DNA from: Azolla caroliniana
Lineage: Eukaryota; Plantae; Polypodiophyta
Direction of reading: 5' to 3'
DNA: 64,000 nucleotides
Assembly: GCA_043228905.1 (NCBI GenBank)
Contig: JBHGNT010000018.1
Coordinates: 9,796,001-9,860,000, forward strand
Shown: positions 37,869 to 51,253 of the stretch, piece by piece
How the letters are laid out: every line of letters begins with the position of its first letter
Numbering within the stretch: the stretch's first letter is position 1
The notes under the pieces: model-generated
What the model was told of the DNA's origin: nothing
What the model saw: the letters and a program-made list of their open reading frames with translations, nothing else
The model's database searches: none
Position numbers and translations under genes: made by a program

Positions 37869-40800
37869 TATTGGGAGACAGGTCCTTCCGGATGGGAAGA
37901 GAGAAAAACAGTGCTGATGAGCAAACTCGGCCGAGGCCGAAACCGGATGACGAGTACCTGGCTACGGAGAGCCGGATGGTGTAGACCCGGTGAGAACCGG
38001 ATGAGGAGAACCCCGCTACGGAGAGCTGGATGGTGTAGACCCGGTGAGAACCGGATGAGGAGAACCTGGCTACGGAGAGCCAGATGTTGCAGACCCGGTG
38101 AGAACTGGGTGGCTAGTACCCGGCAAGCGCCGGATGTTGCAGGCCCGGTGAGGAGTGCTCACCGGATGAAGAGACATATTCGTAAATATGTTTCTAAGAG
38201 TCCATTGAGGCTATATTTGTAAATAGCCGAAAAGTCATATTAGTATAAATATGACTTAGGGCAAACTTATTGGTTGGTGATGTAGAGTGTTGTTGTCATT
38301 CTTGTTGGTGCAAGATTAGAGCGCGTAACTGTGTATAGAGAGAGAGAGAGAGAGAGAGGAAGAGGTTGTTGCCTTTGTTGTAACCGCCGCCTGTGGTGAA
38401 GATAGAAAGCTCGAGGTTGTTGCCTCCGTGAACTCACTGTTGTACATTCTAACATAGTGATAGTTTGCAACCTGTGGGCTGCCGTGGTTTTTCCCTAGTT
38501 TGGGTTTTCCACGTAAACATCCTGTGTACTCTTCTCTTCATTGTGTCGTGCATTCATTCCTGTTTTTATTGTGTATGATTCTAAGCTCGGTTGTGGCCGA
38601 GCGTTGCGCATAAGGAGCGTTTAGTTCTCGTCAAGTGGTATTAGAGCGAAACGACACATAAAAATGGACGATTTGTTGGGAGTCTTGTTCAAGCTCACCG
38701 GCTCCAACTATTCAGTATGGAAGTCGAAGATGAGGGACATGCTCGTGGTTAAAGATTTTTGGTTGCCGGTTCAGTTTGGGGACAAGAGACTGGACAAAAT
38801 CGACGCCACGATATGGGAGGTGATGCACATGAAGACAACGGCTTACATACGGTGGTTCATCGACATGAGCCTATACAACAACTTCAATGAAGAGAGCAAG
38901 GCTCATGAGCTCTAGGAGAAGATCGACATTATGTTTCAGAACAAAAATGTTGTTAACCAGGTTTCGGTATTCCGGAAGCTAGTAAGACTCCGGTACCAAG
39001 ATGGCTCTAGCATGGCGGAGCACATGAATGCCTTCCAGGGGCTGATACACCAGGCAACATCATTCGAAGTACCTCTTGTCGATGAGGTACTAGCGCTACT
39101 CCTGCTCGGTTCCCTCCCGGATAGCTGGGAGACGTTGGTTGTCACTTTGGGCAACGCCAGGCCGGAAGGGAAACGGTTATCCCTAGCAAGAGTACATGAG
39201 CGAGAAGGGGATGAAGAGGCTTGCAGATGACAACCTCATTCTAGTGTAGAACGTGCACTTGGAGAAGTGCACTGATTGTCTGGCCGGTAAACAAAACTGG
39301 ACCTCCTTCCGATCAAGGCCATCGATGAGACGTAATGCGCCATTGGAGTTGGTGCATACGGATGTATGTCAAGTGGATACGAAGTCACATGCCGGATCAC
39401 AGTACTTCGTGACGTTCATCGATGACCACAGCCGGAAGCTGTGGGCCACACCATTGAAGATGAAGGATCAGGTGCTATCCGTCTTCAAAGAGCTCCATGC
39501 GAGAGTGGAAAGAGAAACCGGCCGGAAGCTGAAGGCGGTTCGAGCAGATAATGGAGGTGAATACCGGGGGCAGTTCGAGGAGTACATCCGCTCGAAGGGA
39601 ATCCGGCTCGAATTTACCGTGCCGAAGACGCCGGAACTAAACGGACTGGCCGAGAGGATGAACCAAACCATAATGGAGAGGGTCTGGAGTATGCTGGCGC
39701 ATGCAAAACTACCCAAGAAGTTTTGGGCTGAGGCACTGTCAACGGCGACATATGTGATAAACAGATTACCCTCAGTACCCGTGGACGGAGACACGCCACA
39801 GAGAGTCTGGACCGGTAAGGAAGTGTCCTACCGACATCTGAAGGTATTCGGGTGTCTCGCGTACGTGCATGTAGCTAAGGACTGGAGAGGAAAACTAGAT
39901 CTGAAGACCCGGCCATGCATATTCCTCGGTTACGGCGACGATGAGTTCGGCTACCGAGTGTGGGACCTGGTCGAGATATTATCTTCATGGAGGACAAGAC
40001 GCTCGCCGACTGGGAGTCGGAGAAGAAGATAATGAACTCTGAGTCGACCGGTAAGGATCGATTCTACGATGAGCAGACCCAACCGGCAAGAGACCGGCTA
40101 GCACTCGAGGGATCAGCCAGTTACGGTGAGGATACCGAACAGGCTGAAGAAGAAGTAGAGGAAGCTGAAACCGGAACCGGCCAAGATCCCGAATCGGATT
40201 CGGATGAAGAGCAAATGGAGGAGCCGGTTACTGAAGCCCGAAGACGGAGATATCCTCTCAGAAAGAGAAGGGCCCCCCGGAGATTTCTGGATGCAGAGGA
40301 TGTTCTGCTAACCGATGAGGGGGAGCCGGAAAGCTTCGAAGAAGCGAAGGATCACACCCACAACTGCAAATGGTTAAGTGGCATGCAAGATGAGATGGAT
40401 TCCCTGCATGCGAACCATACATACGAATTGGTGGAGTTGCCGAAAGGAAAGCGGGCACTCCGGAACAAGTGGGTGTACAAGTTGAAACCGGGAGATGCCG
40501 GCAACCCCCCGAGATACAAAGCCAGGATCGTGGTGAAGGGGTTCCAGCAGAAGAAGGGCGTGGACTTGGACGAGATATTTGCCCCGGTAGTAAAGATGAC
40601 CTCCATCCGGACGGTGCTGAGTATAGTGGCAAGCATGGACCTCGAGGTAGAGCAGCTGGACGTGAAGACGACATTTCTTCACGGCGACCTCGAAGAGGAG
40701 ATCCACATGCAACAACTGGAAGGATTCGTGGAGAAAGGGAAGGAGCACCTGGTTTGCCGGTTGAAGAAGAGCCTCTACGGGTTGAAGTAGGCCCCCCGAC

Positions 40801-42273
40801 AATGGTACCGGAAGTTCGACTCCTTCATGACCGATCAAGGGTACCACTAGACGTAGGCCGACCATTGCGTGTTTGTGAAGAAGTTCGAAGGAGGCGAGTT
40901 CCTGATACTCCTTCTGTACGTGGACGACATGTTGATCGTCGGACGAGACCAAGTCGAAATACGTATGTTGAAGAAGGCTCTCAACCAGACCTTCTCAATG
41001 AAAGACTTGGGTCCGGCAAGATAGATGATGGGGATGCATATCATCCGGAACCGGTCAATAAAGCAATTGTGGCTGTCACAGGAGAAGTATGTGACAAAGG
41101 TGCTTCATCGGTTCAACATGTCAGATGCGAAACCGGTCGGATCGACACTTCCGGCAAACTGCAGGTTATCCGGTAAGCAAGCCCGAAGACGAAAGCAGAG
41201 AAGGCGGATATGATGAAGATTCCATATGCCTCTGCCGTCGGGAGCTTAATGTACGCAATGGTGTGTACCCGACCGGATATAGGATACGCAGTCGGAGTGG
41301 TGAGCCGGTTTATGAGCAATTCCGGCAAGGAGCACTGGAACGCAGTCAATTGGATACTCCGGTACTTGAAGGGCACTTCGCATATGTGTCTCTGATTCGG
41401 CTCCGGAAAACCTCAACTTGACGGTTTTACCGATTCGGACATGTCGGCTGATGTGGAAATATTATGGATGAAGGACTTTATCGGAGAGCTCGGTATCCGG
41501 CAAAATGAATACCGGCTCTATTGTGACAGTCAAAGTGCCATCCACCTTGATAAGAATGCGGCCTACCATTCCCGGACGAAGCATATCCAGCGAAGGTATC
41601 ACTAGATCCGGAAAAGAGTAGATGACCAGGAGTTCGCGCTGACGAAGATCCATACGGCCGAGAACGGGTCAGATATGTCGACCAAAGTGTTGATACCCGA
41701 CAACCTGGATGCATGCCGGAAGCGGATTGGACTAGTAAGACACCCCATGCCGGAGTGAAGGGGGAGTTTGTTGGGAGACAGGTCCCTCCGGATGGGAAGA
41801 GAGAAGAACAGTGCTGATGAGAAAACTCGGCTGAGGCCGAAACCGAATGACGAGTACCTGGCTACGGAGAGCCGGATGGTGTAGACCCGGTGAGAACCGG
41901 ATGAGGAGAACCCGGCTATGGAGACCCGGATGGTGTAGACCTGGTGAGAACCGGATGAGGAGAACCCGGCTATGGAGAGCCGGATGGTGCAGACCCGGTG
42001 AGAACCGGATGAGGAGTACCCGGAAACGGAAGACCCGGTGAGAACCGGATGGCTAGTACCCGGCAAGCGCCAGATGATGCAGGCCCGGTGTGGAGTGCTC
42101 ACCGGATGAAGAGACATATTCGTAAATATGTTTCTGAGAGTCCATCGAGGCTATATTTGTAAATAGCCAAAAAGTCATATTAGTATAAATATGACTTAGG
42201 GCAAACTTATTGGTTGGTGATGTAGAGTGTTGTTGTCATTCTTGTTGGTGCAAGATCAGAGCGCGTAACTGTG

Positions 42274-42310
<37 letters not shown>

Positions 42311-42582
42311 AGAGGTCGTTGCCTCTATTGTAACCGCCGCCTGTGGCGAAGATAGAAAGCTCGAGGTTGTTGCCTTGGTGCTTGATTGTTGTACACTGTA
42401 ACATAGTGATAGTTTGCAGCCTGTGGGCTGCCGTGGTTTTTCCCTAGTTTGGGTTTTCCACGTAAACATCCTGTGTACTCTTCTCTTCATTGTGTCGTGC
42501 ATTCATTCCTGTTTTTATTGTGTATGATTCTAAGCTCGGTTGTGGCCGAGCGTTGCGCATAAGGAGCGTTTAGTTCTCGTCA
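37869..42582 (+). mobile_element. Ty1/Copia family B (Tnt1/Tork-like) with both LTRs and internal deletions
   Basis: LTRs 37869-38633 and 41769-42582. TSD GATGC/AATGC. PBS TGGTATTAGAGC at 38636. INT FIDDHSRK / ADNGGEY / NGLAERMN and RT RYKARIVVKGFQQKKG. PPT GAAGGGGGAG. LTRs contain a roughly 51-bp tandem unit and (AG)n. Confidence 0.95.
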
Positions 42583-43920
42583 AATGCGTGTGGTGCGATA
42601 GCATGCACCACATGAGAAGGGATTGCACGAGCCTTCGAGAGGCGATCCGACAAAATATCGTATACATAGATGACAACATGATCTGCTCGACTGAAACTCG
42701 AAGACCCCTACGGGGGAGTTTCGGAAGAGAGGTAATGAAGAAATCTATGGAAGATGCTGAGGCGACTCATGTGGATGCGATGCACTATGCTGCAACGGCC
42801 AGAATAAGAGTCGGGAAAGGAAAAAATGAAGCTACGAAAGTGGGAGCAAAGTTTTGGTCTTCCATTCTCGAGTATGAGAAGATGGGGAAGCTCACATTAA
42901 ACGAGGTAGAGTTTGCGGACCAAAGCGTGCAAAGCATAACCGGGTGGTCGGATCCGGTGGATGACAACACCATACTTGCGGAAGTGTTGTGTGACAACCA
43001 CGAGGTGTTCGTCGAAGAAAAGAGTAAAAAAATAGAAGAGCAAGGCCCATCAAAAAGACATGAAACAAGGAAGGTGATAAAGAAAGAAGATGCAGAAACC
43101 AGTCGATCTTTAGAAATGGAGGAAGGAGACGCTAGCCGAAAAGCGGAGTCGCGCAAACGAGTCAAGGAAACGGTTCGGCCCGTGGAGATTGGTGTCGAAG
43201 ACCCTGCTCGAAAGACAAGGACTATGCCTACCTATAAGCTAAGGTTGGACATAGAGCAAACGACAGACCTAAAGAAGATTCTCGAGGAACGCGTTCTTGA
43301 CAGCCACGTGACCTTGTCCTTGAGGGAATTACTCGGCATTACGAAGGAGTTCCAGGACACGATCGTGGACCTTGTAAAGCGAAAAAGGAAACAATCAGAC
43401 GAAGAAGAAGAGAAGCCACTAAAAGCGAAAGCAAATGCCATAACGATGGCAAGAGACAAAGTCGATGAAGAAATGGTGGACAACCACTATACTCGATCTC
43501 ATTGGGCACGAGCAACAACGGAGACGCCGGTGAAGATTAGGGAGAAGAAAGAGACCGGGTGTAGCCTTGATCGACCACGGCTCGGAGATCAACCTCATGG
43601 AAACCAACTTCTACAAAAAAGGAAGATGGAAGATTCGCGTGGCAACAAATACCTTAGGACTTGTACGGAGCTTGTCCCAATGTTAAAGTCATGATCGGGG
43701 ATGTGGAGATGGATCAACACTTCTTCGTGCAAGAATCGGCATCACATCTTGTCATCCTAGGACAACCGTATATCACATCATCTCAGATGGAAACCAAAGT
43801 GTTCGACAATGGTGCGGCATTTGCTCGAATAAAGAGTCTTGACAACCAAAGATCTGTTCAATTCCTAATGGTGCGAGCTAATCATGAAAGAAATCGAGAT
43901 AGTCTTGGAGGCGAATCCTC

Positions 43921-43983
43921 GGATTTTTAGAGCGGACTATTGAAGCATGGGGCACAAATAGTCCGAGCGATCACAAGTCCCCA
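43921..43983 (+). other. Putative -1 ribosomal frameshift signal (slippery site plus pseudoknot), Gypsy B
   Basis: G GAT TTT, 5-nt spacer, stem 1 CGGACTATT/AATAGTCCG, stem 2 TGGGG/CCCCA. Pol lies in the -1 frame. Confidence 0.75.
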
Positions 43984-46900
43984 CTAGAAAGAAGAGCGCG
44001 TGGATTGTAAGGAGAAGCGACATGTGTCACACCTAGTGGCACATGTAAACTAGTACTACCCAACAAGAAGGACAAGCGTCAGATACAAGAATTCAAAAAG
44101 ATGTTGAAAGAAGAAAACATAATAGAAGAAGAAGAGTTCCTGACTCATATTATAGAAGAAGCCTCATTTAACGTCGTAGACTTGAGCTATCTTCACGACC
44201 AACACGTGATTTCGGCTAACTCCGTCAACATGTACACTATCATCGATGAATACTATCATGGCATCTTGATGGAGGAAGCTGAAGTCAACAAAAAATATAA
44301 AATGGTGGATAAGAAGATCAAACCAGTTGCGGTTCCACTACCGGAAGGTAGCTGGCAAAAGATGAAGGAAGTCGCTAATGATCCAAGCTTAAGGGATCCA
44401 AAGACAATAGGTCATGTCTTCACCGAAGGGACGAAAATAAAGTTACGAGTTGGAAAGGAGGATTTCCTCCTCCCTGAAGAGGAGCGAAAATTTCGTGAAA
44501 TGCTTGAAAGGCATGGGAAAGCGTTCGCATTCTCTCCCCAAGAAATCGGATGTGTCGACCGAAAGATTTTAGAGCCGATGGTGATCTTCACGGTGCCGCA
44601 TGTGCCTTGGAATTTGAAACCGATACTAGTTCCAAGAGCGCACCTTCTGAAGCTGATAGAGCTCTTAAAGGAGAAAGTGAATATGGGTATTCTAGAACCG
44701 CCGAATGCTGCTTACTCTAATAGGTGGTTCACGGTGCCAAAGAAGAATGGATCATTGTGATTCATCGAAGATCTTCAACTCATGGTGACAATTCGAAATG
44801 CTGGAATCGGTTCGAGTGAGGACGAATTTGCCCAAGCGTTTGCGGGCCAGTCCATCTACTCCATTGGTGATCTCTACTTCGGATATGACCAATTCCAATT
44901 GGCAATTGACAGTCGTAACATTACAACCATGAGGACTCCGATCGAGCTCGTGCGGATGTGTACCTTACCTCAAGGTGCAACGAACTCTGTGGCTCATATG
45001 GTGAATGCCATGAAAAAGGTCTTGAAGGATTGCATCCTGGACATCACGATGCCATTCTTGGATGATATTCAAATAAAAGGATATTCGGATGAAGAGAAGA
45101 ATGAATCAAAAGATAAGGAAGGGTGTAGAAAGTTCGTCGCGGATCATATGAAAGATTGCGAGAAGGTGCTCCAAAGGCTCGAAGACGCGAATTTGACCTT
45201 TTTGGGAGAGAAATCCGCATTCGGGCAACCAGAGATCTTGGTGGTAGGTCACTTATGTGGAGTATACGGCTGAAAGCCTTCGCCGTCAAAGGTGAACGCA
45301 ATCCAGGACATGAAAGAAGAATGCGTAAACCAAACGGAGGTTCGAAGGTTCCTTGGAGCATGTGCAGTTTACCATATATGGATTCTGCAATATGCTGAGG
45401 TCGCCGAGCCATTATATAGATTGCTAAAGAAAAGATTGAAGTTCGAGTTGCATGACGAGCACATGAACGTGATGCGAAGATTGAAGAAACTACTTCTTCA
45501 AGCTCCAGCACTAAGAAAGGCCGACTATACCGAAGGAAAACCGATTTATGTGACTGTAGATACGAGCCCAGCCGGAATCGGGTGGATCATCAACCAAGAA
45601 GGAGAAGATAATTCGCGGTATGCCATCTGGTTCAGAGCAAAAGTTCTCAGCGAACGGCAGCAAAGATACACCCAAGTCAAGCGGGAACTTTGGGCATTGT
45701 GTTGGTAGTGAAGACGAACAAAGATTACCTGATCGGGTCGGAAGTGATAATAGAGATAGATTGTCTCCCAATCCTTGGAATGATATGGGGATGTGCGACC
45801 CTAGATTTAGCTATACTAAGGTGGATCGCCTATATCAAGTCTTTAAGACTAGAGATCCGCCACATTGCTGGCAAGAAGAACGCCATGGCTGATATGCTGT
45901 CAAGGGCAAGATTTGAAAGTGAAAGTGACATGGTTTTGAAAGATGAAGACGCACCCTTGACTTCTTCAAGATGGCTCGATTATCAGTGGAAGACAAGGAC
46001 ACACTGACCCTCCACGCCTTCAACGAGGACGAGTACGAAGGAGAGTAGTTACTGATCGGCAGATTCTTAAGAACAATGACGACGGATGCTTTGTTGACAA
46101 AGGAGGAGGCTCTACGAATCCGGAAGAAAGCTTATCGATACTTCCTGAAGGGAGGATTCCTTTGGCGACACCCAAAAAGAAGGATGGGAATACCACACCG
46201 AGTGGTGGTAAAGAAAGAAGAGCAAGTGACGCTGATGACCGAATTCCACGAGAGTGCTTGGGCAGGTCATAGAGGAACATGGGCGACGTTTGAAAAGTTG
46301 AAGGAAAAGTACTGGTGGCCAAGCATGTACAAAGATGTACTCCATTTCGTGTCCACATGTGAAACTTGCCAAGTACATTCCAACATACATCATCGTGATG
46401 AGCTATGAACGTCATACCCCCTCACCATACACTTCAAATGGATGGTTGATCTAGTCTTGATGCCAATGGGAGTGGGACAAATGAAGTACTTAGTGCTGGC
46501 AAGAGAAGACTTGACAAATCAAGTGGAAGGGCGGGCCTTGACAAATAAGACAACGTCAACTGTTTGCAAATTTCTACTTGAAGAGGTTGTTTGCCGATAC
46601 GGATGTGTGGGGAAGATAGTCACCGACCGAGGGGAGTTGGATGCACACGAAGCAATGGAGCTTTTTCGAATGACTAGGTGTGAAGCTCTCCCTCACGACT
46701 GCCTACAATCCAGAAGCGAATGGGAAAATCGAGCGAGGGCATGGACCCATCGTCAAAGCCATCGTACAAGCATGCAAAGGTCGAGTCGGGAATTGGCCAC
46801 GACTATTGCCCTATGCCTTGTGGGCCGACAGAACGACACACAGCTCGGTGACAGGGTATATGCCAACAGAGCTTATGTATGGACAAAAGCCGGTGATGCC

Positions 46901-48009
46901 CATTGAAAGGATGATCGCCTCATGCATAGTGATACCATGGGAGAACGAGATGAGCCAAGAAGAATTATTAGCGGCATGAATAATGCAACTTGAAAGGAGA
47001 CTTGAAGATCTAGAAAATGCGCGAAAAATGATGGAGGCAGCTCGAGTGAAGAACAAAATTCAGTTTGACAAAATGCATCGATTGCGTCCCAAGAAAATCG
47101 AAGAAGGAGATTGGGTATTGGTCTACGACAACAGCCTTGAGAATCAACACAGTACAACAAGAAAATTCGCAAGAAGATGGTTCAAACTGTATGTGGTGAT
47201 AAGTGCCAATAACAATGCCACATACCACCTTGCGGGGCTAGATGGATCAAGGTTAGCCATACCCATTGTGGGAAAAAGAGTAAAGGTTTTCATGAAAAGA
47301 GAAGATGAGGATCCTGACCTCGATCACCTCGATGATGAAGATACTACGACGGATGTGAATGAGGACGTGGAGGAATCTGATTAATCACCGTAGCAGAAAT
47401 CTGACACTCTCTCTTCCTTGGCACGTACTAGAGGACATGCAGTTTGGTGGGGGTGGATGTCGTGAAGATTTTCGGCAATGGTGTGAAAATCACATAAAAC
47501 TACAAAAAGATGGAGGTCTTGAAGAACTTTTCGATGCACTTTACTACATAAGAAACGGTCATCTAAGTGTCAACTTATGTGGGTAGGAAGTTTGCAAAGA
47601 CAAAGAGAAAAATAAAATTGTGAGATATCCCACATAGACAGGATAAATAAGGATCTCACCATATATAAGGTAGAGCAAAAGCTATTATCTTTGTGTTTAT
47701 GTGTGGAGCATAGAGAGTTCAAGGTGACTTGAAGTAAACTATTGGATGAATGGATGTGACCTGGCTACTTGCAAAGATTTTTGCCAACCAAAATCAAACC
47801 GGCGACGGAACTGGACGGTAACCGACGACCTTCTAGTTTTGGTGGGGGTCACAACCGCTCACTTTCTTGGTGAGGATCACATCGGTTTCTCACTAGCACT
47901 ACTGTTTGTGTCGTGTTCTAGGTCAACCTGCACTATTTACCCTCTCATAATAGAACAAGTGGACTCGACCACTTCACTTGTACTCCTACGGTCATTCGTG
48001 TTGCAGTTC

Positions 48010-48950
48010 TCCATGAGGGCTGCAAGGTCGCTCACGCCCGTTCATGTTTTTGATGAGGAACACACATGGTCGCTCACTCCAGCTATTGTGTGTATTCCAG
48101 ATCCTAGCGAGGACCAACATGGTCGCTCATGCATGCTGTTGTTCATGTTCTAGTTCCCGATGAGGACCACACATGGTCACTCACGCTTGTTGGTGTTCGT
48201 GTTCCAACTCTCGAAGAGGACCAACATGGTCTCTCATGCCCGTTGGTGTTTGTGTTCCCTGTGAGGACCGCACATGGTCACTCACGCCCGTTGGTATTCG
48301 TATTCCAATTCCCGACAAGGACCACATGGTCGCTTACTCTAGCTATTGTTCGTGTTCTAGATCCCAACGAGGACCGACATGGTCACTCATGCCTATTATT
48401 GATCATGTTCCACACATGGTCGCTCACACCCGTTGGTGTTCGTGTTCCAACTCTCGGCGAGGACTGACATGGTCTCTCATGCCTGTTGGTGTTTGTGTTC
48501 CCTGTGAGGACTGCACATGGTCACTCACGCCCGTTGGTATTCGTATTCTAGTTCCCGGCGATGACCACATGGTCGCTCACAACCGTTCATGTTTCCGATG
48601 AGGACCGCACATGGTCGCACACATTCCGATTCTCGGTGAGGGCCACACATGGTTGCTCACGTCCGCTTGTGTTCCAGTTCTCAATGAGGACCGCACATGG
48701 TTGCTCACATTCTGATTCCCAATGAGGGCCACATATGGTTACTCACGCTTGCTCGTGTTCAAATTCTCGGTGAGGACCGCATGGTCGCTCACTCCGGCTC
48801 GTGTTCCCTCACTCTCGTTCATGTTCCAATTCCGGGTGAGGACCGCATGGTCACTCACGCCCGTTCATGTTCCCGATGAGGACCGGACATGGTCGCTCAC
48901 GTCCGTTGGTGTTCGTGTTTCCAATGAGGACAACACATGGTTTCTCACGC
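48010..48950 (+). repeat. Degenerate tandem array, about 20 units of 38-55 bp with core GAGGACCGCACATGGTCGCTCAC
   Basis: The core recurs throughout, and the intervening sequences are homologous to each other (GCCCGTTGGTGTTCGTGTTCC-like). Confidence 0.9.
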
Positions 48951-49429
48951 CCACCACCCCTACAACGTGCTTTCGAAAAGGCGGCCATAAAGAGGAGGAT
49001 AATGTCACAGACATAACAACAACTATGTCAAGATTCAACCTCTTGACCTCTTGTATTATAGTCAAGTGTTATATTGTAACCAACACATCCAAGTATGGGT
49101 GGAAGCATGCTACGGTGTACCAACTTTTGGCCAAAAATTTAGTACTAAATTGAGGAAGAAAATAAACATAAAAAATTGACAATAAAACAATTACTACAGA
49201 AAATAGTGGATCATCATCCATTGAATGAGGTTCGAATTCAAATAACAAATTCAATACGATTGTACAAAGATATTGTAGGTCTCAATCGAAGTGTCCCAAG
49301 GCCGTATTTAATATATTAACTATAACTTCATTCTCCGAGGTAGAGTTGTACGAAATCAGACCTGGAGAAGGTCTCGAATGTGTCAGTTGGTCAGTCTCTC
49401 CCTCCCCCCCCCCCCCCCCTCTCTCTCTC

Positions 49430-50023
49430 TCTCTCTTTTTGACACTTTGGTGACACTGGTTCTTCTCTATGGGGTGGAAGTATGGGGCGATAGCATCCCT
49501 AAATCTATGTGGAAAGAGTTTGAAAATGTCCAAAAATATTTTCTTACAAAGTTTCTACAAGTTAAGAAACAAACGCCCTACACCCTCCTCCTCATTGAGA
49601 CGGGATCGCTTCCCATTGAGATCATGGACATGGAAAGGGTTGTTGAATACATGCTTAAGGTTCAAAAAAGTCCCTCACATCGACTTTCTGGAATTGCATG
49701 GGAAACAAGAAAACAGATCCAAAAGACGGATAAAAACAAAATTTTGTGTTCCGGTTGGATGCAAGATATAGAAAAATGGTTTGGTAGATGGGATGCAAGA
49801 CACTTGCTTCATTATGCATCATTAGATTCCTCTGTAAATGAGGCCTTTTTGCAACGCCAATGTATCATGACATGGGACAAATGTGGAGGCTCATGCTTCA
49901 CACATTATACTACACATGTTGCACCTAACTACAAAACCATATTCTTTGCGGAATGGGGAAATCGTACACATCGATACATGTTAGAGCCCATACCGTTATC
50001 TGCCATTCGAACCATTGCTTCCA
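49430..50023 (+). mobile_element. LINE ORF2 C-terminal fragment (RTE-like RT thumb region)
   Basis: LFDTLVTLVLLYGVEVWG...ENVQKYFLTKFLQVKKQTP...LLIETGSLPIE is typical of the post-RT region of RTE/L2-type non-LTR elements. Cut by an LTR at 50024. Confidence 0.8.
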
Positions 50024-50894
50024 TGTTGAAGAGAATCTCTCGGAATACTACTTGGCCACAACCAAGTCTTGAATCACTTCAATGACAATGAAACACAGAA
50101 ATGGGAAACAGAGAGTGAATGCACGTACACACACACACACACACACACACACCGATAGAGAGTATACAGGATGTTTACGTGGAGAAACCCTAATAGGGAA
50201 AAAACTACGGGAGCCCACAGACTCCAAACTAACACTATGAAGAAAGAGGGTACACTTAGAGACTCGAAGGCAACGACCTCAAGCTCAGTTTCTTCACCAA
50301 GCGGCGGTTACAACAAAAACCGTTCTGTATCTCACTCTTTCTCTCTCACACTCTCTATCAGTCACTATACAACAGTTATACATACAACAATATGACAACC
50401 ACACTATCACACAAAGTGATCGCCCTAAGTCATATTTATAATTATATGAACTTAGGGCTATTTACAAATATAGCCTCAATAGGCTTACTCAAAACATATT
50501 TACAAATATGTCTTCTCTTCCGGTTCTCACTGGGTCCAACCGATCTGGTTTCCGGGTCTCTTCCAAGTCCTCTTCATTCATCACTTGATCCCATTCGAAG
50601 GGACCAATTACCCAACAATCTCCCCCTTCACTCTAGCATGGGTTGTCTCGCCAACCTGATCCGTTTTCGGCACACGTCCAGCTTGGTCAGCATATCCGAC
50701 CCATTCTCCTCCGTGTGGATCTTCGTCAGCACGAACTCTTGATCTTCTACTCCGTTCTGGATCCAGTGGTACCTCCGCTGGATACGTTTCGTCTGGGCAT
50801 GGTAGGCCGCGGTCCTTGCAGGGTGGATGTCACTTTGATTGTCGTAGTAGAGCCGGTATTCCTCTTGTTGGATCCCTAGCTTTCCGATGAAGTC
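50024..50894 (-). mobile_element. Copia family B 3' end (RNase H, PPT, 3' LTR 50024-50617)
   Basis: Minus strand KRIQRRYHWI...LTKIHTEENGSDMLTK, PPT GAAGGGGGAG, LTR homologous to 61877-62508. Confidence 0.88.
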
Positions 50895-51220
50895 TGTTGA
50901 GCGGCAAGCTCAACCGGATCCGGATCGGCTGAATAAGCCTGAGCCGGATCGGCATACGGAAGCATGAGCCGGATCGGGGAGCTGGTGAGCAAGTGAGCCG
51001 ATGAGCTGGGGAGCCGATTAGCCAGATCCACCAGTAACCAGAAGCTTAGTAACAACATAGGCTACTAGGTCGTTAATGTCTCGTAGTTAGTGTCAGACGC
51101 TCGTGTGAGCATTGAAGTATATCGTACTTCTGTCAGTCCATATGGACTTGTATAAAAGTGTTCATTGTTCACACATAGGATGTACAGATTGAGTATTTTT
51201 TGAATTGAGTTTTCTGTGTG

Positions 51221-51253
<33 letters not shown>

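Larger units (their letters stand above)
36019..47830 (+). mobile_element. Decayed non-chromovirus Gypsy family B (Phygy-like), 3' LTR truncated, with a nested Copia
   Basis: 5' LTR 36019-36968. PBS TGGTGAACCTGACGTGAA at 36977. Gag from 37041, split in its zinc knuckle. RT LPQGATNS / FLDD and INT TDRGE / ANGKIERGH. 3' LTR from 47458 to about 47830. Confidence 0.93.
35365..49096 (+). mobile_element. Non-coding, self-priming LTR element (Tcn1-like derivative) hosting a Gypsy B insertion
   Basis: 5' LTR about 35365-35807. 3' LTR starts at 49003 after PPT AAAGAGGAGGATAA, matches the 5' LTR start, and is truncated near 49096. The internal region (35808-36018 plus about 47830-49002) is tandem repeats with no TE ORF. 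Confidence 0.7.

Noticed and set aside
37869-38222. Repetitive protein tail RRAGWCRPGENRM on the gag ORF
   Set aside because: It is read-through from Gypsy gag into the tandem repeats of the inserted Copia LTR.
48010-48950. CRISPR-like repeat/spacer array
   Set aside because: The spacers are homologous to each other, the repeats are degenerate, there are no cas genes, and the context is a eukaryotic TE.
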